Assembly (NCBI GenBank): GCA_951406725.2
Contig: OX597818.1
Span: forward strand, 68,820,001-68,884,000
Length of the DNA: 64,000 bases
DNA from: Octopus vulgaris
Taxonomy: Eukaryota
Direction: 5' to 3'
The stretch's first letter is position 1; every line of letters starts with the position of its first letter. A program made the translations under genes and the position numbers. Shown here one piece after another: positions 1 through 11,849 of the stretch. The notes beneath the pieces are model-generated. The model was not told where the DNA came from. It saw nothing but the letters and a program-made list of their open reading frames with translations, and ran no database searches.

Positions 1-1519
1 CAAAGTAAGGAACTATTTGTTATGTTCTGGTTTAGTATTTCAGTCAAAGAAAAGTGCTATCTTGATTGAAATCTTAATATTCATTGATTAACGAAATAAT
101 GCTATTGGAATTTTAGTTGGATACCTGCTGCAAAATCAATTGGTTCTTATCTCCAGTGGCATTCTTGAATGCATAATAAAGGATTAAAAATGGTACCAAA
201 AATATATGCCAAGAGAGTGCAATTGTCTTCAGTTACTTTTTCTTCTTGTTTCCTTCTCCATTATATTTCTCTTTTATTTCTTTCCTTTTTTAGATTTCTT
301 TCCTTTTTCTTTTTTTTTACTTTTTTAAAATTACTTTCTGTTTCGTTTCTTTTTGCATTTTATTCTCTCGGAATATTAAGCTATCATTACAATATCCAAT
401 ACAAACAATGTAATCCTCATTTGCAATCACAATTCTATTTGTTGTAGTTATTTCTTTATTTTTTTTACATAGTTTATTCACTTATCAGTTTATTTATTTA
501 ACTATTTATTTTCAATTTCTTTCTTCCATTTTTAAAACCTTAGTCTGTCTGCATACCATTTAAATAATTTAGTGTGGAATCCTGGAATGCTAAGAGAAGA
601 TCCACGATGTCAATGGCAAAGCAGATCTTTATATCTCTATATCTAGATTTTTACCAATAAAAAATATTCTAAAAACCTAAAACATTAGATATTTCTGATT
701 TAATATGACAGTAAATCTTTGATTTGGTTAACAAAAAAAAAAAAGAGAGAGAGAGAGTGCCTAAATAAATCAATAGCAACTGAAATAGGTTGCTGTTTAT
801 AAACTTAAATCTGACATTATTCACAAATATTTAAATTTCATTAGAAAATTAACCATTTTTTTTTTGTTTCTTTGCTTAGTAGAATGTAAGTGAGCACTGA
901 ACTGATATCCATTCTGTATTACAGCATTCTGTTAAGCGTTCTGAGTTGGTGTTCTTTCTCTCTTCATATGACACGTGGACATATTTGCTTCTAGTCACAG
1001 AGATTCAGGTTCAATCCTATTCCATGCAGACCACTTTGGCTAGGGTCTTCTACAACAGCTTCACATAACCAAAGCAATGCTAAGGAAATTCTCCAGGCAA
1101 AGACTGCAAAGTGGCTTGTAGATGGAATATTTTTAAATTGGCAGCTGATGTGTTTATTCTCTCACATTACTTAACTCCATCCCATCCTCACAGAGTCGTA
1201 TTTGTAGGTGTGCACAATCCATGTGGAACAGTGAGTTGTGAAATAAAAGACATACAGCACAATGTTGGTCGGTTATTTCTGTTGCTGTCCATTCCTCATT
1301 AAAGTCGTAGGGGTGCCATCATCTCATAGGCAGGGTCTCAAGCATTTTGGTCTTTATAGAACCCATCTTTCTCTCTGTAGGTCTAACCACTGCTGAGTTC
1401 TTCCAGAAAGTGAGACAGAAAGGAGTTTGAGAGAAAGCAAAGAGCTAGTCAGAGTATACAACTGCTGTCTTAATTCAATGATGCCGAAAAGATCAAAGGC
1501 AAAGGATGACCTTATATTG

Positions 1520-1770
1520 CATATATATGGCATATAAAAAGCACTATCCAAACGTGATCGATGCCAGGCCTGCCCAAATGGCCCCTGTGCCAGTGGCATG
1601 TAAAAAAAGCACCCACTACTCTTTCAGAGTGGTTGGTATTAGGAAGGAAATCCATCTGTAGAAACTCTGCCAGACCAGATGAGAGAATGATGCAGCCACT
1701 GGCTCTGGTTAAACTGTCCAACCCATGCCAGCATGGAAAACAGACGCTAAACGATGATGATGATGATGAT
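1520..1770 (+). mobile_element. RTE LINE 3'-end fragment with (GAT)n tail
   Basis: Matches 3' UTR of the RTE copy at 58343-59615 (GGCATGTAAAAAAAGCACCCACTAC...GTGGTTGGTATTAGGAAGG...AACCCATGCCAGCATGGAAAA...TAAACGATGATG). Confidence 0.75.
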
Positions 1771-2297
1771 GTATGCACCTCCACACCCACCCACCCACAC
1801 ATATACATACACATATAAAAACATACATACATATACATGTGCACACACATACATAGACATAGATGCTTACATGCATACACACACACATACACACACACAA
1901 TGACAATAGTGTGTGCTGATGCTGAGAAACCAAAACGCATCCAACCCATCCCAGCCTGGAAAAAATGGGTGTAAAATGGAAATGATGATTTATTTCTCTC
2001 TCTCTCTCTCTTTTACCAAAACATTCTGGAAGCTGTCAGTTTGATTTATGGAATGGCAATATCATTCACTCTTTTACTGGTTCCATTTGATCTGTTGTTA
2101 TATTATATTTCCTATATAAAGCATCTCTCTTCAGACATCTTCCTGGTGGCTGCTGCTTGCTGGAGATCAAATATCCTGAGCTATAAACATTCAGACCATG
2201 TTCTGCAATATAAGCTGCTACTTTCCTCTCACCAGTTGCAGAGCCCTAAAAAGGATCATTGATGCTACCCTGTCTACAGTCACTAAACTATTGAAGA

Positions 2298-2570
2298 ACA
2301 TTATTTATATTATTTACATCTGATGGATATTTGTCCTCATCTTGTTTGTTGTTAACCCAATCTTTCGGCTGATATGCCCTCCAGCTTTCATCAGGTGTTT
2401 TGGGGGGAAATTTCGAACCTGTGTTCTCATTCCTAAGGTATTTTTCGACGTTATTATTATTATTATTATTCAGGTCACTGCCTAGAATCAAACTTGGAAT
2501 CTTGGGGTTAGTAGCCCATGCTCTTAACCACTACATTATATGCCTGTGGGCAATTATGGAGTGAATTTTA
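2298..2570 (-). mobile_element. tRNA-headed short retroelement with hammerhead-like motif (left arm of head-to-head palindrome)
   Basis: Reverse complement of 2578-2843. On the minus strand it has A/B boxes and AACAC-CTGATGA-A-AGCTG..CAGCC-GAAA. Confidence 0.75.
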
Positions 2571-2577
2571 AATTCAC

Positions 2578-2848
2578 TAAAATTCACTCCATAATTGCCC
2601 ATGGGCATATGGCATAGTGGTTAAGAGCGTGGGCTACTAACCCCAAGATTCCGAGTTCTATTCCAAGCAGCATCCTGAATAATAATAATAACATCGAAAA
2701 ATATCTTATGAATGAGAACCCAGGTTTGAAATTTCCCCAAGACACTTATATGAAGGCTGGAGGGTATATCAGCCGAAACGTTGTGTTAACAACAAACAAG
2801 ATGAGGACAAATATTTGTCAAATGTAAATAATATAAATAATGTACATA
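2578..2848 (+). mobile_element. tRNA-headed short retroelement with hammerhead-like motif (right arm; tail probably resumes at 4139-4168 after the mariner)
   Basis: A box TGGCATAGTGG (2610-2620); anticodon-like arm GTGGG-CTACTAA-CCCCA; B box GAGTTCTATTCC (2653-2664); (AAT)n linker; hammerhead-like fold at 2741-2787. Confidence 0.75.
2741..2787 (+). ncRNA. Minimal type I hammerhead ribozyme-like motif (core box mutated in this copy)
   Basis: Stem I GACAC/GTGTT; TTATATGA in place of CTGATGA, which is intact in the inverted copy at 2388-2394; stem II GGCTG/CAGCC; GAAAC-GTT with palindromic AACGTT stem III. Confidence 0.6.
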
Positions 2849-4136
2849 CGAGGGACGTTCAATAAGTAATGCCTCTGACCCACTTGCAGTTGTTTGATCT
2901 AGCTGAAATTCTGCATGTGCAATCATTTATATCTCTATAGAGTAAGTGGCAAATTACAGCTCTGAATTAATTGTGGTTTCTGATTTACAGGTGTTTGAAC
3001 CGAGTCAAGTGTGAAATGGAGCCTGTTGAGTGTCGAGCAGTGATCCGGTTTTTGTATTTGAAAGGACGCACACCACGGGAGACTTTTGATGAAATGAAAG
3101 TAACTTATGGTGATGATGCCCCATCATATGACCTTGTAAAACGCTGGCATTGTGAATTCAAACATGGTCAGAACTCTGTGGAAACAGCTCCCAGATCTGG
3201 TCACCCCTTCTGCCATTGATGAGGCATCTGTCCGTCAAGTTGAGGCTGCCATTTTGGAAGATCGACGCATAATTATTCGCCAAATAGCCCATGAGGTCAA
3301 AATTAGTACCGGGTCTGTGGAAACTATCATTCATGACCATTTGCATATGCAAAAGGTGTCTGCCAGATGGATTCCCAGGTTGCTCACGCCTTTCCAGAAG
3401 CAAGAACGCGTCGAGTGCTCGAGGGTGAATTTGGAGATGTGCCAAGAAGATGAGTCAAAATTTTCAAAAGACTGATTACACAGGATGAAACCTGGGTCCA
3501 TCACGATGATCCAGAGACCAAAGCTCAGTCAATGCAGTGGAAGCACCGTGACTCACCCCTCCAAAGAAGGCAAAGGTGCAGCCCTCCGCTGGCAAGGCCA
3601 TGCTCACAGTCTTCTGGGACCAGGACGGAGTAGTGATGACAGATTTCCTTGCAAAGGGTACCACAATTGCAGGAGCCTATTATGCTTCACTTTTGAGGAA
3701 ATTAAGAGAAGTTATCAAAATCAAGAGGCGGGGCAAGATCAGCAAAGGCATCCTCCTCCTGCAGGACAACGCTCCGGTCCACAACTCGCTTGTCGCCAGA
3801 TCAGAAGCACAGGCATATGGCTATGAACTCCTCCCCATCCCCCCTACTTTCCTGACCTTGCACCCTCTGATTTTCACCTCTTCCCAATCATGAAGTTGTT
3901 TTTGAAAGGAAAGCGTTTCCCAGATGATGCAGCCTTGATTTCTGAAGTCACGTTGAGGTTGGAGGACCAAGCTGGGTTCTTCTACAAAAACGGTCTCCAG
4001 AGCCGCATCAAACGATGGGAGAAATGCGTAACTCTGGGTGGTTCCTATGTAGAAAAAGACTAATAACTGTGCCAAGTTTCGTTGCTCTACTGCTATGGGA
4101 AGTGGGTCAGGGGCATTACTTATTGAACGCCCCTCG
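2849..4136 (+). mobile_element. Full-length mariner (DD34D) transposon, ~1288 bp, TA target duplication
   Basis: TIRs CGAGGGACGTTCAATAAGTAATGCCTCTGACCCACTT / AAGTGGGTCAGGGGCATTACTTATTGAACGCCCCTCG; TA at 2847-2848 and 4137-4138. Confidence 0.95.
3016..4063 (+). pseudogene. Mariner transposase, ~4 frameshifts
   Basis: MEPVECRAVIRFLYLKG start; WIPRLL; ITQDETWVH; KAMLTVFWD; LLQDNAPVH; PYFPDLAPSDFHLF; ends LGGSYVEKD-stop. Split over ORFs 2971/3152/3576 with frameshifts near 3200, 3470, 3560 and 3840. Confidence 0.93.
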
Positions 4137-4734
4137 TAATACCTCATCTCTTAAATATAGGACTGTAAGATGATTTGTGTTTATCACTTCCAAACTGGAA
4201 TGTCCTCCACAACATTTTTGTCAGGATGGAAGAACAAAACCACTATGACCCTTCTGGGGCCTCCAAAATTGTTGACAGACAGAAGGAGAGAAGCGGGGAG
4301 GAATTCTTAAGTGGAGGCCTTCCTTGAGGCTTTCCAAATGGGTAGCTTTCTCTGCTAAAGGCACCAAAGTGTCATGTAGGGGTGCTAAACCAGTAGAAAG
4401 AATGAATTTACCAATCAAAATGATTACAAGATTTGAACTCAAAAACCAAAGAGCCAGAACATTTATCCCAAGGCATCCTCTCTGACACCCTAACGATTCC
4501 ATCAATCCATACTCTAAATTGGTACTTTATTTTATCAACCCCAAAAGAACAGAAGATAGAGTAGGTCTTGATGGGGCTCAAAATCAGAACACAAAGACTC
4601 AGAGAAAAACACCACAAGGTATCTTCATCTGACTCCTATATGACTCTGCTGATTCATTATTTTATGGGACTCCAAATTTCAGGATCAGTGGGAGCAACTT
4701 CATCCCTTGCTCAAAGACACCATTCTTCTTGAAG

Positions 4735-4915
4735 TTGTATGTCATCATTGTCATCGTCATCATCTTCATCACCATCATCACTACTGCCATCATTGTCATC
4801 GTCATCCTCTCCCATCCTCATCATCATCATAATTGTTGCTATCATTATTATCTTCATCATCGTAGTCATCATCAACAGAATCATCATAATCAACTTCATC
4901 ATTTTCATCATTTTG
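4735..4915. repeat. Degenerate (CAT)n microsatellite, tail of a decayed minus-strand RTE end
   Basis: CAT-rich tract followed by GTTCGCTTTTCCATGCT. Confidence 0.8.
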
Positions 4916-5096
4916 ATGTTCGCTTTTCCATGCTTTCATGGAATTTATTGAGGAAGATTTTCTGCAGATGGGTGCTCTTCCTGCCATTTACCCTTGTCTT
5001 TCTCCAAGCTTAAGTAATATTACTCTATGCTCAGAATATCAGAAATAAACGAAACTGCTTGAATGAAAGTAACCCTCATTTGCACCAATCAGACAA

Positions 5097-5284
5097 TGTA
5101 TGTGTGTGTGTATGTGTTTGTGTGTGTGTGTTTGAGTTGGTGTGTTTGTGTGTTTGTGTGTGTGTTTGTGTGTATTTGTGTTTGTGTGTTTGTGTGTTTG
5201 TGTGTGTATGTGTGTGTTTGTGTGTTTGTATTTGTGTGTTTGTGTGCATGTGTGTTTGTGTGTTTGTGTGTTTGTGTGTTTGTG
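5097..5284. repeat. (TG)n/(TGTT) compound microsatellite
   Basis: Direct inspection. Confidence 0.9.
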
Positions 5285-5867
5285 TAAGATCATCCTCGTT
5301 TAACATTCATGTTCTATGTTGTCATGGGTCAGAGAGTTTGAAAGGGTTGAATGCATTGAAGGACTGCTTCACGCTCCAATGTCTGGTTTGGCATCTTTTC
5401 TCCAACTGGTTCCTCCTCTTAGTGCCAGCCAATTTACATTGTGCACCATTTCCATATCGCAAACCCACTCAGCCTTGAGGCTAAAGTAGAAATCACTTTC
5501 CCATGCTGGGATTGAAACCAGAACCTTGTGGTTGGCGAAGCAAACCCCTTAACTACACTGGAAACTTCACGATGAACATCTGAACCTAATACTCCTTATC
5601 GTTCATTAGTGAGTTATAAATGAAATACAAGTAAATTCTTTGACTTTGAACTGTGAAATATTCCAACTGCAAATATCAGAGAAACCAAAGACTGGCAACT
5701 CTGCCAGGCTTTTAGAATTCCATCCAATATTCTTTATTCTCTTTTGTCTGTTTGTTTGGTTTTTTTTTCCTGATTCAGCAAACTTTGTTCAAAGGAATTT
5801 TATTGAATTGTGGTTCCTCCACCCATCTTTTGGATATCATGAGCTGGCTTTAGTGATGAGAACTAAG

Positions 5868-5873
5868 ATAATG

Positions 5874-5937
<64 letters not shown>

Positions 5938-5977
5938 TGATGATGATGGTGATGATAATGATGATGATGATGATGAT
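5868..5977. repeat. (TAA)n(TGA)n microsatellite
   Basis: Direct inspection. Confidence 0.9.
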
Positions 5978-6377
5978 TAGAAGAAGATGAACGACAACAA
6001 CAATAACAAGAATACATAAAGGAAACAAACAAAATTATTACGTTTGATCTTGATTTGATTTTATATTGTTGTTTTTTTTTATATATTTTACCCCCCACTC
6101 CCCACACTTCATTGCGTCACCATTATTGCAAAAGGCTGGAGATGATAGTTAAACAATTTTTACCTGTAAATGACACAAAGGATAGAATAATGACTTGAAA
6201 AAGTTGATTGTTTTATTAAAAGTATTGGCTTAACCTAATCAACTTGCAGTTTTAATTATTTTCCAAACTAAACATCATGTGACAAATTTCGAAATAGTTC
6301 CTTCCTTTTTTGCTGTTCACATTCTTTGTTTCTCCTTCTCAATTCCATAGCTAAAAATCTCATCATTATTATTATTA

Positions 6378-6409
<32 letters not shown>

Positions 6410-7227
6410 TGTACTATATAATTCTCTTTAATCTTAGGCCTTGTTTGTTCAAATTAAACTCACTGTGTTGAACGCAAAAACAAAAAGGAAAAAAAACTAA
6501 ATATAAAAAACAGTAAAAGAACATAATTACTTTTCATAAATTGAATCTTATTTTGAATAAGTTTATATTTTTTTATATTTCTATTTATTTCTATTGTTTT
6601 TAATCATTAAATGAAACACCTTTAATCAGATTTTTTTTCCTTTTCTCTTTTTCCCTGTTTTGTAGCATTTCGTTGTGCTGTTTTGTGCATGTGTGCATGC
6701 GTCTGCATTACATATATGTGTGTTTGTGTGTGTGTGTGTGTCTGTGTACACATAACACATGCACACACACACGCACACTCCCACACTCACATGTGCACAC
6801 ACATGCACATTTTTTCCAAGACTTACCCCAGCACCATACCATTATGTTGTGGTTTGTTTACATCCTTTCATTCTTTCTTTGATATTATTCTGTTATTTCA
6901 TACAAAACCATCCACATGTACTTTGGTATATATTTTCATTTAAGAACGACAAAGACTTTTTCTGTCTTTCCCAGAAGATTTCTAGGCCGACACCGATCGT
7001 AAATCTACTTTCAAAATCATCATAAAACAGGAAGATAATTAAACCGTGGTTGTGAAAGTTCTTTCTTTCTTTCTTTTTTGTTTTAATTGCAATAAACTCT
7101 TCTACTTTTCTTCCTATATTTTAATCTCTTCTTAGTTTCCTCATTGTAGCTATTGTCATCATTCATTCTCCCACTCCTTACCCTCATCATCACCATCATC
7201 ACCAATATTGTCATCATCATCATCAAC

Positions 7228-7885
7228 AAGGCAGTGAGTTGGCAGAACCGCTAGCACGCCGGGTGAAATGCTTAGTGGTATTTCATCTGCGGCTACATTC
7301 TGAGTTCAAATTCCACTGAGGTCGACTTTGCCTTTCATCCTTTCGGGGTCGATAAATCAAGAAATGTTAGCATCCCGGGCGAAATGCTTAGCGGTATTTC
7401 TTCTGCCATTACATTCTGGGTTCAAATTTCGCCATGGTCAACTTTGCATTTTATCCTTTCGGGGTCGATTACATAAGTACCAGTTATGTACTGGGGTCGA
7501 TGTAATTGTTTTAATCGCTTTGTCTGTTCTTGTTTGTCCCCGCTATATTTATCCACCTGTGGGTAGTAAAGAAATAAGTATTAAAGGGTTCAAAACGGCA
7601 GCAAGATGGCAGAAACGTTAGCAGGCCGGGCAAAATGCTTAGCGGCATTTCATCTGTCTTTACATTCTGAGTTCAAATTCTGCCAGCGTTGACTTTTCCT
7701 TTCATCCTTTTGGGGTTGATAAATTAAGTACCAGTTGCATAAGGAGGTCAATCTTATCAGCTGGTCCCCTCCCCAAAAATTTCAAGCCTTGTGCCTAGAG
7801 TAGAAAAGAATATTAAATGGTTAAATACTGCCAAGGTTGATTTTGCCTTTCCTCATTTCAGCTTTGATAAAATGAAGGTCCAGTT
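7228..7885 (+). mobile_element. Cluster of 3-4 tandem or nested Meta-type tRNA SINE copies (family B)
   Basis: Repeated AAGGCAGTGAGTTGGCAGAA...GAGTTCAAATTCC...GCCTTTCATCCTTTCGGGGTCGATAAA..AAGTACCAG. Confidence 0.8.
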
Positions 7886-8017
7886 CTAGGGTGGATGCCA
7901 TCAACTATACCAACCACAAAACTCGATGGTTTTGTGCCAAAATTTAAATGACTTATTAAGAGAAATAAAAGAATTGAGGAGAGAGCTTGACTTGATGGTT
8001 ATCATATATTTTATAGG

Positions 8018-8336
8018 GGAAGGCATGTGGCTTAATGGTTAGGGCATTCGGCTCATGATCATAAGGTCATGAGTTCAATTCCTGGCAACACGTTGTGTCC
8101 TTGAGCAAGGCATTTTATGTCACATTGCTTCAGTCCATTCCACTGGCAAAAATGAGTAGTACCTGTATTTCAAAGGGCCAGCCTTGTCACGCTCTGTGTC
8201 ATGCTGAATCTCCCTGAAAACTAAATTAAGGGTACACGTGTCTGTGGAGTGCTCAGCCATTTGCACATTAATTTTATGAGCAAGCTGTTCTGTTGATCGT
8301 TTTACAAGCAAGCTGTTCTGTTGTTCTGGGACCCTA
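8018..8336 (+). mobile_element. tRNA-derived CORE-like SINE (family C)
   Basis: A box GTGGCTTAATGG, B box GAGTTCAATTCC, CORE-like TGTGTCCTTGAGCAAGGCA; related inverted copy at 29964-30289. Confidence 0.75.
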
Positions 8337-9994
8337 AGTAGCATATGTAGATACAGAATTCAAATCTCAGTTCTCATGGTTTATTATCCTCTCCATTGGT
8401 CTTTAAAATAAGTATGAACTATTTTCTTATTGACAAGAAAATTTCAGTTTCCAGAGGCCCAGTGTTCTATTTACATTAAATACCTTTGATGACCATTGGA
8501 AGAACGAGTTTAGAATGTATCTTTTTCTGAAACTAATTGTGGAGGCAGACACAAAGATTATATGAAAGGAAATCAAAAGTAATTGGTAAAAACCTCAGGT
8601 CATTCCATTTTCGGTGTCCTTTGTGTCTGCTGTGTCCACACTTTAGTGTAAGACATAAAAGTATTCACAGCATTTACTTTCCAGATTTTCTCTATGGAAT
8701 TTATCATCGTTAATCTTTCTTTTTATCTCTCTTTTCTCAATTATTTTCAGTTTATTGATTGTTTTTTCCTTTTTTTTTTACCTTTCATATCCTTTAACCC
8801 TCAGGACTTTCTTAACTATTCAACACATTTCTGAAGTTTTTGCACCTTTTACCCATCAAATTCCATATTTTTCAATTGGGATTCTTCATACTTAAGTATT
8901 ATCATTTTTTGTTTATTTTACACTATTTACACTACATATAAGTATATTTTTACACACACACACATATGTATGTATGCATGTATGTATGTATGCATGTATG
9001 TATGTATGTATGTATGTATGTTTATATATATGTGTGTGTGTGTGTATAAATATATATATATATATGTGGTGCATGTGTGTATGTGTATATTTATAAATAT
9101 ATATATGAATATATATATATAAATATACGTGGATGTATCCTTGTAGGTGTACGTATATATTTATGTGCATGTGTGTGTGTGTGTGTGTGCATGTATAGGT
9201 ATGTGTGTATATGTGTGTAAAAAGAAGTGCAGGCAAGATGGTTAAAATGATACTTAATGCCAAGAGGAAAGTGTTTATTAAGACTACAAAAAGAGACACG
9301 GTACATCTTGTTCTTCAAGTTTCCCAAGTCCAACCATCACACTGGTTAATTTGAATAACCACATGTGAAATGCTAGCTCTCTCACACTACCAACCTCTCC
9401 ATTGTATTTCCCATCAGCCGCACCCCCATCCTTGTTCATCGCACCCTATTTTCTTCACTACCCCCATCTCTAACCAACTGTTAATTTTACATTATCATGG
9501 AACGATATTCCTCTCAATTCACTTTCTGAATCACACTTTTATTGTATCTGGAATTGCCCTGGCATCTCGTTACCATTGTTTGTACCTTCTATCGAGGTTA
9601 CCTCCACCCACCTTTGAATAATGCAGGGTTCTTTTCCCATCTTGCAAGTTGGCATCCACATTAACGCCGTTGTCAGGAAAAAACAAAAAGCACCCAGTAC
9701 TCTTGGGAAGATCATTGGCATTAGGAAGGGCATCCTGGTGTAGAGACCCTGCCAAAAGTGACACTGGAACTTGCCAGATCCTGTTAAACTGTCCAACCAA
9801 TGCCTACTTGCCTACATAAAAATCACCCTTTGTACGTTCTATAAATTGGTTGGCTTTCAGCCGTAGAAATCATACCAATGTAGACATGGAACCTGTTGGA
9901 GCCCTCTGGCTTGTCTGCTCGTGTTGAACTAACCAACCCAGTGGTGGTGGTGGTGGTGGTGGTGATGATAATGGTGATGATGGTGGTTATACAT

Positions 9995-10032
<38 letters not shown>

Positions 10033-10267
10033 GTATCAACCCATGTAAACAAACTTTTTTTTTGTTTGCTATTAGAAGCATCACATGTGTATTGTCTCAT
10101 ACAAACACGAAAGGAATATTTCAAATGCAGTGTAACCATGGAAACAGCAGACAGACTGAGTGTTTTACTTTTATACGACACCTTTGTGCCATCATAAAAT
10201 GGTAAAACACCCAACCTTTCTGATCTTTTCATGGCTAAACTGCCTCCAAAAGATTACTTTCTTGTCC

Positions 10268-10313
<46 letters not shown>

Positions 10314-11172
10314 GCAAGTGTTTTCTGCTATAGCCCCGGGCCGACCAATGCCTTGTGAAAGAAGCCTGTCGTATATCTGTATATATATATATATGTATGT
10401 GTATTTGCTCGACTAAAGGCGGTGCTCCAGCATGGCCACAGTCAAAATGACTGAAACAAGTAAAAGAGAAAAAGAGAAAAGAGAGATATATATGTATGCA
10501 TATAATGTGTGTGTCTCTTTGTGTTTGTGTTGTATTTGTTCTGTAGGACTGATTGACAATCTGTGTTGGTTTGTTTACATCCTCATAACTCAGTGGTTTA
10601 ATAAAAGAGAGATCAGAAAAATAAGTACCGAGGTTGATTTGTTAGATTAAACCCTTCAAGGTGGCACTCCAGCATGGCCACAATCAAATGAGTGAGAAGC
10701 AATAAAAGACAAAAGACCCCTCTTTTCCGTCAAGCATTCTACACAGACACACGTACGGAACCTTTACCAAAAGGCCTTTTACCATTCAACCCTGTTCCTA
10801 AAGAATATTCCTGTTTCTGCTAGAAAGGTCTATTTAAAGCCATCATTGAAAGAAACGGAAAGCCTGGTCAAGAGAATACTTTGGAAATAATAGAACACAG
10901 GCAGCACCAGAAAATGGCCCCTATTGACCAAACCCTGTAAATAAAAATCCTTTGTCTATTTCAAGTTTGCCTTCTTAATCCAGATTTCATATTAAATCTA
11001 TTTGTTTTGTTTGGTTCAAAGATATTTTGGAGGAGAATGGCAAATAATCTTCGAACTGACATTTCTTAGCAAGAGAATTTCAACCTGTTCCTGTCGGTGG
11101 AATCTTCTACACCATTTCACCTTCTTTTATTTAACAAACAATCAAATGTTTTACCTTCTATTCTCAATATAT

Positions 11173-11299
11173 TTCTTCTTCTTCTTCTTCTTCTTCTTCT
11201 TCTTCTTCTTCTTCTTCTTCTTCTTCTTCTTCTTCTTCTTCTTCTCCTTCTTCTCCTTCTTCTTCTCCTCCTCCTCCTCCTCCTCCTCCTCCTCCTTCT
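11173..11299. repeat. (TTC)n(TCC)n polypyrimidine microsatellite
   Basis: Direct inspection. Confidence 0.9.
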
Positions 11300-11361
11300 T
11301 TGTCTTCATTTTAGATAAAAGATATCTGCATATTATATACTACATATTGCATATATATATA

Positions 11362-11742
11362 GGCAAAGGAGTGGCTGTGTGGTAAGTAGCTTGCTTACCA
11401 ACCACATGGTTCTGGGTTCAGTCCCACTGCGTGGTACCTTGGGCAAGTGTCTACTACTATAGACTTGGGCTGACCAAAGCCTTGTGAGTGGATTGGGTAG
11501 ATGGAAACTGGAAGAAGCCCATTTTATGTGTGTATGGTTGTGTGTGTGGTGTGTGTGTGTGTATGCATGTGTGCATGTATATATGTATTTGTGTGTCTGT
11601 GCTTGTCACATTCACCATTGCTTGACAACCAGTGTTGGTGTGTTTACATCCCCATAACTTAGTGGCTCGGCAAAAAGGGAGCAATAGAACAAGTACTAGG
11701 CTTACAAAGAATAAGTCCTGGGGTCAGCTAGTTCAACTAAAG
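11362..11742 (+). mobile_element. tRNA-derived CORE-like SINE (family A)
   Basis: Matches 57003-57406: GTGGCTGTGTGGTAAG..GGGTTCAGTCCC..CCTTGGGCAAGTGTC..internal (TG)n. Confidence 0.8.
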
Positions 11743-11809
11743 GAAAAAGAGTAAAAAAATATTTTATTAAATAGACAGACTGACAGTCAGACAGACAGAC
11801 AGACAGACT

Positions 11810-11849
<40 letters not shown>

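Noticed and set aside
124-232. Signal-peptide-like minus-strand frame KTIALSWHIFLVPFLILYYAFKNATG ending at CAG|GTATCC
   Set aside because: An in-frame stop lies immediately upstream, with no ATG or good acceptor.
2604-2675. Functional tRNA-Ser(ACT) gene
   Set aside because: No proper acceptor stem or long variable arm, and it is part of a repeated element; treated as a tRNA-derived head.
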